Origin: Chiloscyllium plagiosum
Lineage: Eukaryota
Reading direction: 5' to 3'
Assembly: GCF_004010195.1 (NCBI RefSeq)
Contig: NC_057749.1
Coordinates: 26,397,056 to 26,460,590, forward strand
Length of the DNA stretch: 63,535 nucleotides
Shown here one piece after another: positions 54,601 to 62,544 of the stretch. A model generated the notes under the pieces. It ran no database searches. It was not told the origin of the DNA and worked only from the letters and a program-made list of their open reading frames with translations. The position numbers and the translations under genes are program-made. How positions within the stretch are numbered: position 1 is the first letter of the stretch; each line of letters opens with the position of its first letter.

Positions 54601-57600
54601 CCCACCTCACCCTAGTTCTAAACTTCCAGCTCAGCACTGTCCCCATGACTTGTCCGGACTTGTCCTACCTGCCTATCTCCTTTTCCACCTATCCACTCCA
54701 CACTCTCCTCCCTCGCCAATCACCTTCATCCCCTCCCCCACTCACCCATTGTACACTCTATGCTACTTTTTCCCAACACTACCCTCCTCTAGCTTATCTC
54801 TCCACACTTCAGGCTCACTGCCTTTATTCCTGATGAAGGGCTTTTGCCCGAAACGTCGATTTCGAAGTTCCTTTGATGCTGCCTGAACTGCTGTGCTCTT
54901 CCAGCACCACTAATCCAGAATCTGGTTTCCAGCATCTGCAGTCATTGTTTTTACCACCTAACGCTAGGGGCAACTTAGCATGACCAACCCAAAGGAAACC
55001 CAGAAAGACACAGGGAGAATGTGCAAACTCCACACAGACAGTCACTCGAGGTGGGAACCAAACCCGGGTCCCTGGCACTGCGAGGCAGCAGTGCTAACCA
55101 CTGAGCCACCATGCCGCCCCATTTGAGCCAGTATCATGTGGATTCGTCTTTATGTTTGTGAAAAGGTTTAATGATTAGCTTGTAGGTATTGCTACAGCCA
55201 TAGTGATATATTTTTCTTTAAACAATTAGTGAGAATAGCTCAGGGGGTGGGAGGGTACAAATGGGAATTTGTTTATATTGGTAGGTTTTTATGAGCAAAC
55301 AGAGTAAACAGTAATGAATTAAGCATTTAGATGGAAGATTATGGAATTTTTTGGGTTTAGGAAAGCTCCACAGATTAAAAAAGGCTTTTGGATTTCAGTT
55401 TGGCAATTTGCAGAAGTCTTTGGCAAAGCTGGACGTGTAAAACAGTTGCTCCTGAGAATGGAAGGTGGTAATGACTATTAAAAGAAAGGGTACCTCACCG
55501 GAAGCAGTTTTGTTTGAAAGTTCAACACCAGAAGTGTTTGGTTATAAACCTGAAGGTGCTAGTTGAAGCTGAGAAACTCTAAACTCAGTTGTATGATGAC
55601 TCCAAGAAGGAGCTTATCAGATTTTCAAGAGGGGGAATTGAAGCCGAAGTTGAAGTATGTACAAGAGTGAAAGAGAAGGGAATTCTCTCCACTCAGACTA
55701 CTGTAAAGGAGTGTTGTTGGGATTGCCATTTACCAGATGCTTTAAATCTTTAAACTTGTTTTAAGTATTTAGCTTGGTACATTATAATTTATCTTCAATT
55801 CTTTTGCAATAGTAAGCTGCTATGTACTGTTAAAACCAAATCTGTAGCATTGCTTGTTTGCGTTTTAGTGAAAGACCACTTATTTAAAACCCAAAATCTC
55901 TAATCATTCAAGCCTGATTTCAGTCTGAGATCTGAATTTTCCAGTAATAACATCAGTTGAGATTGTAACATTTGTAATTCAAGTTTCTCCCTGTAACTAC
56001 CATTTCCCATCACACTTCCACCTTGGTAAATCTTAACATTAATATGGCTTCAGAATTGATTGCTTAAAATGGCCAAAAGTCCCAAATTGCAGGGGGAAGT
56101 ATATCTTATGCAAAACCCAAAATGAGATAGGAATTGGAACGTATTGCGACTGTTAGCAATTCAGGAATTAGACAACTCAGACCTATCTTCATCAAAATTG
56201 GTCCCACTCATTCCTAAACTACTAAGCACCTGGAATACCAATCACTCATCCCTGTAGTTACCTTACTCATCCAGTCAGTCAATCAACCACATTCTGTACA
56301 GACTACAGAAGAGTAAATGCATCATGAAAAAAGGTTTGTATCCAATGCTATGGTTGTATCAATAGGATTGGCAGTGCCCTGTTTCTTGCTAAGATTGATG
56401 AAGGGGTACTGGCAAGTGCCATTAACATCAAGGATTAAACAAATATCCACATTGGTGCGACTCATTCAATGTGACAAATGTCAAGTGAAGCCTTTTGGGT
56501 TAAAAAGTGCCTTGGCTACATTCCAAACAGTGATGAATTAAAGCTGTAGCTCAAATACATAACTTGTAGTTTATTTAGAGAATGTTGCAATATACAGGAC
56601 ACATGGGAAGAGCAGAAAACCTGTCCGAGCAATTACATTTAGCTGGCTTAGCAATAAACTTAGCCAAAAAAAATCACATTAGCAAGGGCAAATTACTTTG
56701 GATATACAGGGAGATACAGACAAGTGAAAGCTTTAATAGAATTCCATGTTCCTAAAACTAAAATGGTAAGTCATGAGACTTTTAGGAACATGCTGGTAGA
56801 AATTTCGACGTAGCGTTAGCTAAGCCTGAACCAATTTGTGAGGTAACAATAAAAGTGGTCTGGTCAGCAGAATATAAAGCAACCGCTGAGAAGGTAAACA
56901 CAAACCTAATAAATTAATCAACGCTAGCTGCCCTGGTTCTTCCAGACCTTTTACAATGGCGGCTGGTGTTGGTGACTTGGAGGTAGGTGCAGTCTAACTG
57001 CAGGATGGTCCATCATAGAAACACAGAAAATAGGAGCAGGAGTAGTCACCTGGCTCTTCAAGCCTGCTCCATCATTCAATATGTTCACAGCTGATCATCC
57101 AACTCAATGTCCTGTTCCTGCTTTCACTCCATACTCTTTGATCCCGTTAAAACATTGCTCTCTGGGTGAAAATATTTCTCCTGATCTTAGTCCTTAAACA
57201 ATGACCCATGGTTCTGGACTCTTTGGTCATCAGGAACTTCCTTCTTACATTTGCCCTGTCTCGTCCGGTTAGAATTTTACCTGTTTCTATGGGATTCCCC
57301 TCATTCTTCTAAACTCTTGTGAATATTATCCTAACTGATTCAGTCTCTCTTCATATGTCAATCCTGCCACTCCAGAAATGTCATACAAGGAGCGGTTGAG
57401 GACTTTGGGTCTCTATTTGATGGAGTTTAGAAGGATGAGGGGAGGGATGTCATTGAAACTTGTAGAATACTGAGAGGCAGCGATACACTGGACATGGTGA
57501 AGTTGTTTCCACTAGCAGGAGAGATTAGGAACTGAGGGCATAGCCTCAAGTTGAATAGATGACCCTTTAGAACAGAGACCAGGAAGAATTTCTTCAGCTA

Positions 57601-60600
57601 GAGGGTGGTTAATCTGTGGAACTCATTGCTGCAGAGGACCATGGAGGCTAAGTCATTGAGTGTATTTAAAACGAATAGGTAAGGTAAGGGGATCAAAGGT
57701 TATGGGGAGAAGGCAGGAGAATGGAGATTAGAAACTTATCAGCCATGGTTGAACAATGGAACAGATTTGATTGGCCAAAGGCCTAATTTTGGTCCTTTTT
57801 ATTGTGGTCTTGAATCAGTCTGGTAAATCTTTGTTGCACTCCCTCCTCAGATAAAACTGTAGAGTACTCCAGTTATGATCTCACCAGGCCCTGTACAATT
57901 GCACTAAGACATGCTGTTCCTGTATTCAAATCCTCCCACTATGAAGGCTGACATTGCATTTTACTTTCTTCACCACCACCTGCTGTACCTGAATGCTTAC
58001 TTTCAGCGATTGGTGTATAAGGTCACACAGGTCTTGTTGTACCTTCTCTTTTCCCAATGTTTTATAAAAACTCAAAATAGAATTGGAATATATTGCCAAT
58101 TTAGAAGTTGGATAACTCAGACCTAACTTCATCATCACAGGCCTCACTGCTCAAATAACAGCTCCACTCATTCCCAAACTACTTAGTACCTAGTCCCTAA
58201 TTTGGGGTGGCATGGTGGCTCAGTAGTTAGCACTGCTGACTCACAGTGCCAGGGACCTGGGTTCGATTCCAACCTTGGGCATCTGTCTGTGCAGCGTTTG
58301 CACATTCTCCCATGTGTCTGCATGGGTTTCTTCTGGGTGCTCTGGTTTCTTCCCACAATCCAAAATGTGTAGGTTAGGTGCATTAGTCAGAGGTAAATAT
58401 AGAGTAGGGAAATAGGTCTGGGTGGGTTATTCTTTGGAGGGTTGGTGTGGACTTGTTGGGCCAAAGGGCTTGTTTCCACACTGGAGGGGTTATTATGATT
58501 CCTCCTTGCAGAGAATAATCTGCCTTCTTGTTTTTTTGCTAGAAAATAAATAAGCTCACGATTATCCACATTATACTGCATATGCGTACATTTAACCACT
58601 CACTCAACTTGTCCATAGTGAACCATCCCTGCACCCTCTTTATAGTACATCCTCCCATCCTGCTTCATGTCATCTGCCAACTTAAAGATATTACACGTAT
58701 TCACCTAATTTACATCACCAATATATATATAGAGAATAGTTGGGGGTTCAAGCACTCACCACAGCATGCAAATTCTCTACTTTACTGAGAGTGGAGATAG
58801 CTGCTGAACAATTCTGGCAGTATACTGGAGTACACTTCTGTGGCTTCACTGCAAACGAAAAAAATAAACATTAAATCATTACAGTCAACAACAAGCATGG
58901 AGAGATTGTACTTCACACCAATGTTAGACTGCAAATACTCATTTCTTTTTACAGCAAAGTTTCTGTTACAGCTCAAATATTTAAGATGTGAATGATACAT
59001 TGCAGTAAATTGTCCTCAAATGTGAGGCTGTCATCATCAATGCCTGGATCTTCACAGAGTAGTCCACAGGTTCAAGTTCTAAATTGGAGCAAGGCAAACT
59101 TTGACAGAATTGGACAGGAACTTGCAGGGTTTGTTTGGAGTAGTTTGTTTGTGGGCAAAGGGACCTCTGGACGTTGAAGGCCTTCAAAAGTGTGATAACA
59201 GGGTCTATGTGGTCCTGTGAGGATGAAGGACAGGTTGGTAGAATTATAGAGCAGGGAACCCTGGATGACAACAGATATTGAGGCTTTGACCAGAAAAAAG
59301 GAGAGATAGCTAAAGTACAGGCAGCTGGAAATCAGGGAATCCCTGAAGGTATATAAAAATACAGGAGTTTACTAAAGAGGGAAATAAGGAGGGCGAAAAT
59401 AGGGCACAAGGTAGCTTTGCCTGAGAAGATTAGGGTGAATCAAAAGAGATTCTTTAAGTATATTAAAGGAAAAAGAATAACTAGAGAGAGAATAGGACCC
59501 TTCAAGGACCAAAGTGGACATATATGGGTGGAACTGCAGGAGATGGCAAGGTCCTCAATGAGTATTCCTCCTGTGTTTAACATGGAGAAAGACATGAAAA
59601 GTTGGGAGCTTGGAGAAGTTAGCAGTGACAACTGGGGGACAGTCCATATCACAGCAGAGGAAGTATTAGTCATATTAGAATGTGTAAAGGTTGTTAAATC
59701 TTCCGGTCTTGACCAGATATACCCAAGAGTCTAAAGAAGAAATTGCGGGGGCCTTGGGTGATACATTGCATCATCATTAGCCATGGACGAGGTCCCAGAA
59801 GACTGGAGGGTAGCAAATGTTGTGCCCTTATTGAAGAATCTCTCTCTAATGAGAATGTAGCACTATTACCCTATGGTGACTTCATACTTTTCACAGTATT
59901 AATTCAGTATAATGGAGCTTGCACTGTATGTGCACTATCCATATGTAATAAATCATGTGGTACCATGATTATAGGATCAGTGAATCTTAAAATGAATTTT
60001 ACTATTTACCATTCTTGATGTCCACTAGCTTTCCCAGGTTCACTAACACCACATTGATATTTCCCTTCAATTCTTCCTTTTCTGATTTCAGAAAGGCTAA
60101 TGAAGAAAAGAGAAAATAAGAAGTCAATGTTTCAGCAGCCCAGTAAACACGTTTCAGCATGAGGCATCAAGATACTAAACCTGGAGTCACTGAACAGAAT
60201 CACACTGTGAAGAAACAAGTAAAATAATGAACAATGGTTCTGAAACATTGCATATTTGATGACTGAAATTATGAAAGGAAATTTGCACAAGTGAGTACCT
60301 CTAAACAGGTTGCAGACTATCATAAAGAAACACAATCCAGTCAAAACATCATTTGTAGAAATGACCCTGTCACTTAAAGAGACATAGACTTAGACAATCA
60401 GCCAAATAAGACCATTAGGTAAAGAAGGAGAATTAGGGCATTCAACCCATTGTGTCTGCTCTGCCATTCGATCACAGCTGATAAGTTTGTCATCCTCATT
60501 CTCCTGCCTCATCCATGTAACTTTTGATCACTTTAGCAATCAAGGACCGATCTCTGTCTTAAATAGACTCAGTGACATAGCGTCCACAGCCTTCTGCGAT

Positions 60601-62245
60601 AATCAGTTGCACACATTCACCATCTTCTGGTTAAAGAAATGCCTCCTCATCTCAGTTTTAACCGGTTATCCCTCACTCTGAGGCTGTGCTGTTGGGTCCT
60701 CATCCCTCTTATTAGTGGAAACATTCTCCAAATCTCGCTCTATTCAGGCTTCTCAATATTCTCTAAGTTTCAATCACATCCTGCCTCATCCTTCTAAAAT
60801 CCATTCAGTTCAAACCCAGAGTCCTCAACTGCTCCTTATATGACAAGCCCTTCATCCTCAGATCATTTCTGTAAACCTTAGCATCTTGCAAATTCTTACT
60901 ACATCAGAGAATGAGTGAAGTTTTTTTCTTAGACATTGACAGGTTAGACCAGAATATGGGCATTGTAGCATGGTCAAATAGTAGAGCTCAGATAGCCCCA
61001 GAACTTTCATTTCAAACATCAACTAAATATCTCAGTAATGATTATTTCAGTTCGGTGATGAAAAATCATTCGATTATCACATGAAATACAGGAGGAAGCT
61101 GAGAATGCACTCTGATTGGAGGCCTTCATTGGAATTACCTTTTTTCTCCAAGCTGTTGGGATCTGAAATTTACACCCAATAAAGGCATATTTAAATCTTC
61201 ACACACAAAAGATAATGGGATAAGTACTTGAGGGAAAACCTTCATGTCTATAAGGAAATAACAGGAAAGTGGGACGGGTTAGATCACTATTTTAAAGAAT
61301 TCACTGTGGCATGATGAGCCAAATTGCCACATTTTCATCATTTTGTGATTCTATATCTTCGGTCTGCTGTTATTCATAATGTCAAACCAAATGGGAATGC
61401 CACTGATAATCCCACAGGAAGAGGTAACAGTGAAACTTCCATCACTTTATTGTAATGTTACATACTTCAACCATCTCCCCATCCACATACCTACCCTCAC
61501 TTTAAATTTTTCCCACATTTTAAGTCTTTGACGTAATGCATTATTAAAAACCCATATGATGCACATTCACTGCATTTCATCAACAAAATGAATTGAGTTC
61601 AGCATGGCCCATATTTACAGAAATCCAAGCTGGCTCATGCAAATCAATTCACCATTAAACAGGATGACAACCTGGTCCCTTGTCATGGTCAATTCAAAGA
61701 AGCTAAACAAAACCAATTTGAGAATTGCATCTTCCAACTGATTCCCATTGTTAATTTCAAACTGATCATTTCTAAGTGTTTGGAAGCCTGATACTATTGA
61801 AGTCATATGAAGAGAAAACTCAGCCCCTACAGTTACATCAGCCCCAGGTGATGAATCTCTGTACATGTCACATATATAACTTACAATAAAAAACATTCCT
61901 TCTACCTGGACCGAAAGCAGATCTCCACATTTCTAGTTTGTAAAGCTGCCCACAATTTGCAATAATGCCAGACTTGTTTATTTGTTTGATTGAATTTCAT
62001 ACCTTCCCAGTACTTAGAAAAATGTTGCTGTTATTCTCAGCCTTAAAAGTCCCACATTTATCAAATTCACTTACTTCTATCCGGCAAAGGAGGGGGCAGA
62101 GAGTCTGGCGGCACCTTGTGATGATGGTGGGAAGTTGGCAAAGTCCAGTGTCCAGGCCCTTTAGTGGGAGGCAAATCCAGCAGTTGCACATACTCAGGCA
62201 CTTTTTTCAAATTCCTTGGTCGAGGTGGGAGTGGAGGGGGTGTGC
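5295..62245 (-). CDS. Partial multi-exon gene (13 internal exons): Sec23/24-like zinc finger + vWA protein, 'circularly permutated Ras protein 1-like' family; 5' and 3' ends outside the window
   Basis: Manual splice join(complement 62075-62245, 60010-60096, 58760-58848, 52142-52321, 48543-48584, 46176-46265, 43676-43827, 38917-38998, 28255-28382, 15913-15997, 15033-15139, 12197-12309, 5295-5406) = 1438 nt. All introns are GT-AG, phases match and there are no stops. Motifs: [67 protein letters not shown]. Family name is from recall of these motifs. Confidence 0.9.
5960..6170 (+). mobile_element. Harbinger/PIF-type Myb/SANT (trihelix) ORF remnant
   Basis: From 5967: [33 protein letters not shown]...[17 protein letters not shown], resembling the PRFS..LE.L...LF / R.WQQCRKKVNDL pattern; contains stops. 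Confidence 0.55.
7375..7925 (-). mobile_element. L2/CR1-group LINE 3' end
   Basis: ORF 7402-7734 ([12 protein letters not shown]...[14 protein letters not shown]...FKKAAH); same family as 1385-3320. Confidence 0.75.
8005..9910 (-). mobile_element. Relatively young CR1 LINE, ORF2 reverse transcriptase to 3' end
   Basis: [62 protein letters not shown]; near-identical 3' end at 30160-30606. Confidence 0.95.
10330..10680 (+). mobile_element. Rex1/Babar LINE 3' end (tail resumes at ~11755-11800 after a CR1 insertion)
   Basis: [12 protein letters not shown]...SGRR...RSKNS..IRILN-like C-terminal pattern of Rex1 ORF. Confidence 0.6.
10681..11755 (+). mobile_element. CR1/HER1-type LINE RT and 3' end
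   Basis: [51 protein letters not shown]. Confidence 0.92.
12197..12309 (-). CDS. Exon l (113 nt): [37 protein letters not shown]
   Basis: Acceptor ctgtcctgtgaag|G, donor AAC|gtgagt. Confidence 0.9.
15033..15139 (-). CDS. Exon k (107 nt): [36 protein letters not shown]
   Basis: Acceptor ttctcattctcag|GT, donor CCT|gtaagt. Confidence 0.92.
15913..15997 (-). CDS. Exon j (85 nt): [28 protein letters not shown]
   Basis: Acceptor cactcttag|G, donor AAG|gtgaga; LA..TGG motif ending the vWA domain. Confidence 0.93.
19164..19271 (-). mobile_element. Short Penelope-derived element with degenerate hammerhead-like core
   Basis: 16-bp TSD TGCAGTGAAGCAACAG at 19148-19163 and 19272-19287. Confidence 0.7.
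19300..19775 (-). mobile_element. Gypsy LTR-retrotransposon integrase remnant
   Basis: Minus-strand [23 protein letters not shown] resembles the SSPYYPQSNGKAEAAVK integrase core. Confidence 0.6.
19776..20120 (+). mobile_element. Rex1/Babar RT fragment
   Basis: [24 protein letters not shown]...LNTGTPQGC...IYKFTD. Confidence 0.75.
21306..22040. mobile_element. Solo LTR (Gypsy-like, 4-bp TSD), containing a hammerhead-type element at ~21553-21727
   Basis: TGTTATAG...CGTCACA ends; CCTC duplicated at 21302-21305 and 22041-22044; removing it restores CR1 sequence. Confidence 0.8.
22410..22970 (+). mobile_element. 561-bp solo LTR with 5-bp TSD (ERV-like or LTR retrotransposon)
   Basis: TG...CA ends; TCGCC at 22405-22409 and 22971-22975; TATATAA at 22835, AATAAA at 22906; repeated TTGACTGATAAGACT. 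Confidence 0.88.
24178..24268 (-). mobile_element. Short Penelope-derived element
   Basis: 12-bp TSD TCCCAACCAGGT at 24166-24177 and 24269-24280; contains GACGTTTCGGGC. Confidence 0.7.
24825..24859 (-). ncRNA. Minimal hammerhead ribozyme motif (Penelope type)
   Basis: UAC-CUGACGA-A-GGAGU-agc-ACUCC-GAAA-GC-UU-GUA: core, stem II, stem I (UAC/GUA) and palindromic AGCU. Confidence 0.65.
25247..25362. repeat. Imperfect (GT)/(GA)n microsatellite inside the Penelope element
   Basis: gtgtgtgagagagagaga...gacagacagagagaga. Confidence 0.9.
28255..28382 (-). CDS. Exon i (128 nt): [43 protein letters not shown]
   Basis: Acceptor ttttttacag|GT, donor GG|gtaaat; vWA TDG motif. Confidence 0.93.
29115..32035 (+). 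mobile_element. Decayed CR1 RT segments with nested antisense CR1 3' end (30160-30606) and HE1 SINE (31435-31675)
   Basis: [38 protein letters not shown] motifs. Confidence 0.8.
32055..32370 (-). mobile_element. HE1-type SINE
   Basis: Same head and core as 2150-2495. Confidence 0.85.
33505..37427 (+). mobile_element. Long CR1 LINE: ORF1 tail, endonuclease, RT, 3' end; frameshifted
   Basis: DGLHLN-like ORF1 end; IIMGDFN and LDLVLCN..DH endonuclease; [31 protein letters not shown]. Confidence 0.92.
33855..34570 (-). mobile_element. Penelope-like (Poseidon-type) 3' fragment with GIY-YIG remnant, nested in CR1
   Basis: [15 protein letters not shown]...[16 protein letters not shown]; related fragment at ~47670-47900. 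Confidence 0.85.
38917..38998 (-). CDS. Exon h (82 nt): [27 protein letters not shown]
   Basis: Acceptor gtgtatctgcag|G, donor AAG|gtcagt; G.T.LG motif with the MIDAS Thr. Confidence 0.93.
39593..39636 (+). repeat. 44-nt poly-G tract
   Basis: Read directly from the sequence. Confidence 0.9.
41650..43145. mobile_element. CR1 RT fragment (+, 41650-42385) followed by antisense CR1 fragment (42388-43145)
   Basis: [14 protein letters not shown]; reverse-strand [13 protein letters not shown]. Confidence 0.8.
43676..43827 (-). CDS. Exon g (152 nt): [29 protein letters not shown]...ALYRCIRQ
   Basis: Acceptor ggcttaacag|GT, donor CCA|gtgagt. Confidence 0.9.
44030..44240. mobile_element. Short palindromic non-autonomous Penelope derivative, same terminal family as 24770-26202
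   Basis: Arms TATAGTCCAACAGGTTTAATTGGAAGCACACTAGCTTTC / GAAAGCTAGTGTGCTTCCAATTAAACCTGTTGGACTATA; CTAAAAAAC.ATG-like duplicated flanks. Confidence 0.8.
44121..44155 (-). ncRNA. Minimal hammerhead ribozyme motif
   Basis: CAC-CUGAUGA-A-GGAGC-gac-GCUUC-GAAA-GC-UA-GUG. Confidence 0.7.
45244..45457. mobile_element. Short palindromic Penelope-derived element
   Basis: TGTGGTGCTGGAAAAGCACAGCAGGTCA...CTTCATCAGG / CCTGATGAAG...TGACCTGCTGTGCTTTTCCAGCACCACA inverted arms. Confidence 0.8.
45369..45410 (+). ncRNA. Hammerhead ribozyme motif with 7-bp stem I
   Basis: GGGAUUC-CUGAUGA-A-GGGC-uuac-GCCC-GAAA-UG-UC-GAAUCUC. Confidence 0.6.
46176..46265 (-). CDS. Exon f (90 nt): [30 protein letters not shown]
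   Basis: Acceptor gtcttacag|GC, donor GAG|gtagat; vWA RVALVTF strand. Confidence 0.92.
48543..48584 (-). CDS. Exon e (42 nt mini-exon): [14 protein letters not shown]
   Basis: Acceptor caattacag|AT, donor CAG|gtaaga; phase 0-0; gives Y..RLQ-AVQ continuity with exon f. Confidence 0.8.
49480..50060 (+). mobile_element. Tx1/L1-clade LINE ORF2 C-terminal (zinc-binding) remnant
   Basis: DLGWRGLH...[27 protein letters not shown]...FWLHFSP. Confidence 0.7.
51758..51996. mobile_element. Short palindromic Penelope-derived element
   Basis: 16-bp TSD GATACATTTTGAGCAG at 51742-51757 and 51997-52012; inverted arms. Confidence 0.82.
52142..52321 (-). CDS. Exon d (180 nt): [11 protein letters not shown]...[20 protein letters not shown], second CxxC plus vWA beta-1 and MIDAS DxSxS
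   Basis: Acceptor tttgctttcag|AC, donor GAG|gtaatt; WxCxFC and DISGS motifs. Confidence 0.93.
53596..54954. mobile_element. Penelope-type element with long inverted ends spanning the assembly gap
   Basis: 12-bp TSD CACCTAACGCTA at 53584-53595 and 54955-54966; intact cores CTGATGAAGGGCTTTTGCCCGAAACGTC at ~53655-53690 (-) and ~54826-54861 (+). Confidence 0.8.
53750..54587. other. Assembly gap (838 N)
   Basis: Run of n. Confidence 1.
55181..57005 (+). mobile_element. Decayed Gypsy element: probable LTR (55181-55970) plus RT/RNase H remnants
   Basis: KGYWQVPLT...[24 protein letters not shown] resembling [21 protein letters not shown] resembling RNase H; TG...TGTAACA segment. Confidence 0.8.
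58204..58490 (+). mobile_element. HE1-type SINE
   Basis: A box TGGCTCAGTAG and B box GGTTCGATTCC. Confidence 0.85.
58760..58848 (-). CDS. Exon c (89 nt): [30 protein letters not shown], first CxxC of the zinc finger
   Basis: Acceptor ttcgtttgcag|TG, donor GTG|gtgagt. Confidence 0.9.
59060..59840 (+). mobile_element. CR1 ORF2 fragment
   Basis: [12 protein letters not shown]...[11 protein letters not shown]. Confidence 0.8.
60010..60096 (-). CDS. Exon b (87 nt): [29 protein letters not shown]
   Basis: Polypyrimidine acceptor ttttcttcattag|CC, donor AATG|gtaaat; phase 1-1. Confidence 0.85.
62075..62245 (-). CDS. Exon a (171 nt, phase 1-1): Pro-rich segment [27 protein letters not shown]...[18 protein letters not shown]
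   Basis: Acceptor tcatctgcag|GC, donor AGAA|gtaagt; joins exon b in frame. Confidence 0.8.
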
Positions 62246-62544
62246 CTGCAGATGACCAATAACACAATAAGCACAAAGAAAAATATTACATATACCAACA
62301 TATACTGAATAAACAAAAACCATTCAGTCCAAAATATTTCATGGGCAAATAAGGCCATTCAACCCAGCCAGTTTATCCTATGATCCCCTACAGTACCTGC
62401 CTCTTCAGGTTGTCTAAATTTGCCATTTACTAAGTTATAATTAGTCATGTTGTAACAATGCACCTTAATTCCTAACACTGCAAGTCCATGCTTTCATCAG
62501 AATTCTTCCATGCTAAAGGTGTTGGTTTAATCCTCAATGTTGCA

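Larger units (their letters stand above)
53478..55120 (-). mobile_element. HE1-type SINE split by the 53596-54954 insertion
   Basis: (TTAGA)n tail at 53478, tRNA-like head at ~55060-55120. Confidence 0.8.

Noticed and set aside
53630..54646. Longest ORFs in the track (293-338 aa)
   Set aside because: They are translations through the N gap
58204..58275. tRNA-like A/B box sequences (also ~50275-50385 and 50540-50630)
   Set aside because: These are SINE heads, not cloverleaf tRNA genes
61615..61896. 93-aa minus-strand ORF as a possible extra exon between a and b
   Set aside because: Weak acceptor and incompatible phase; exons a and b already join in frame
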